This document shows positions 63,521 to 64,000 of a DNA stretch of 64,000 bases, in pieces. How positions within the stretch are numbered: the first letter of the stretch is position 1; every line of letters begins with the position of its first letter. The notes below the pieces were generated by a model, which saw only the letters and a program-made list of their open reading frames with translations, made no database searches and was not told the origin of the DNA. The DNA lies in the NCBI RefSeq assembly GCF_037042905.1, contig NC_087250.1:22012001-22076000 (forward strand), read 5' to 3'. The position numbers and the translations under genes were made by a program. The stretch comes from Lytechinus pictus (lineage: Eukaryota).

Positions 63521-64000
63521 CATGGGTGCAGAATCCAAACAAAACGTACATCCAATACACAGTATACATAATAATAATAATAATAATACATCATTTATTA
63601 AAATATGAACTGTATCAAAGGTACTCGCTTTTGAGTTATGTGTATTGATGAGTTGCAAGATTTCTTTTTTGTACTTCTCATGAATACTAAAGAAAACAAA
63701 ATACTGCTCTAAAGTCATAATCATATATGAGATGATAATTATAATACTGATAATAATATCATGATATTAAAACTAATAATAACAAGTACATAAATAATTA
63801 CAATATAAAATCTCATTTATCTTTTCAAACCAAGAATGGCGGCTGCTTTTAGTACAACTTGGAATGAAGTTTTTTAATCTTATCTATTATCATACTTTTC
63901 TCGAACATTCCCCCGCCCCCCTGCGAGCAACTGCATCAAGAACATGTTATTCTTAAAGTTGCCATTGTAAAAACACGCGCACCCTGCCACAATGGAAATG

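Overview
AT-rich, intron-containing animal genomic DNA. The repeat repertoire (tRNA-SINEs, Kolobok-, Harbinger- and hAT-type MITEs, a Tsp/DINE-1-like element) suggests a sea urchin or other echinoderm, which is an inference. There is no prokaryotic signal and no CRISPR array. Genes reconstructed by hand from GT-AG sites with consistent phases: (i) the last coding exon of a probable NTR/C345C-domain protein (+, 374-573); (ii) a multi-exon ZU5-UPA-death-domain (UNC5C-like/ZUD-type) gene on the minus strand (core 7437-13741, probable micro-exons to 21787, ~431 aa); (iii) an 8-finger C2H2 gene head-to-head with it (+, 24742-30543, 699 aa); (iv) a ~24-finger C2H2 gene (+, 48991-53687, ~1041 aa). 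Two further short spliced transcripts without long ORFs are suggested at 37.5-39.2 kb (+) and 43.4-46.2 kb (-). Mobile DNA includes a 5'-truncated R4/Dong-type RLE retrotransposon ending in (TAA)n, a 2.6-kb Sola-like element, and many MITEs, several nested with readable TSDs. The two most unusual items are a 499-bp element in a (TA)n tract (59221-59719), with perfect 93-bp direct terminal repeats around a near-intact tRNA cloverleaf with a UCA anticodon, and a perfect 183-bp AT-rich palindrome (21977-22159) between two divergent genes. All domain and family calls are by-eye recognition; no searches were run.
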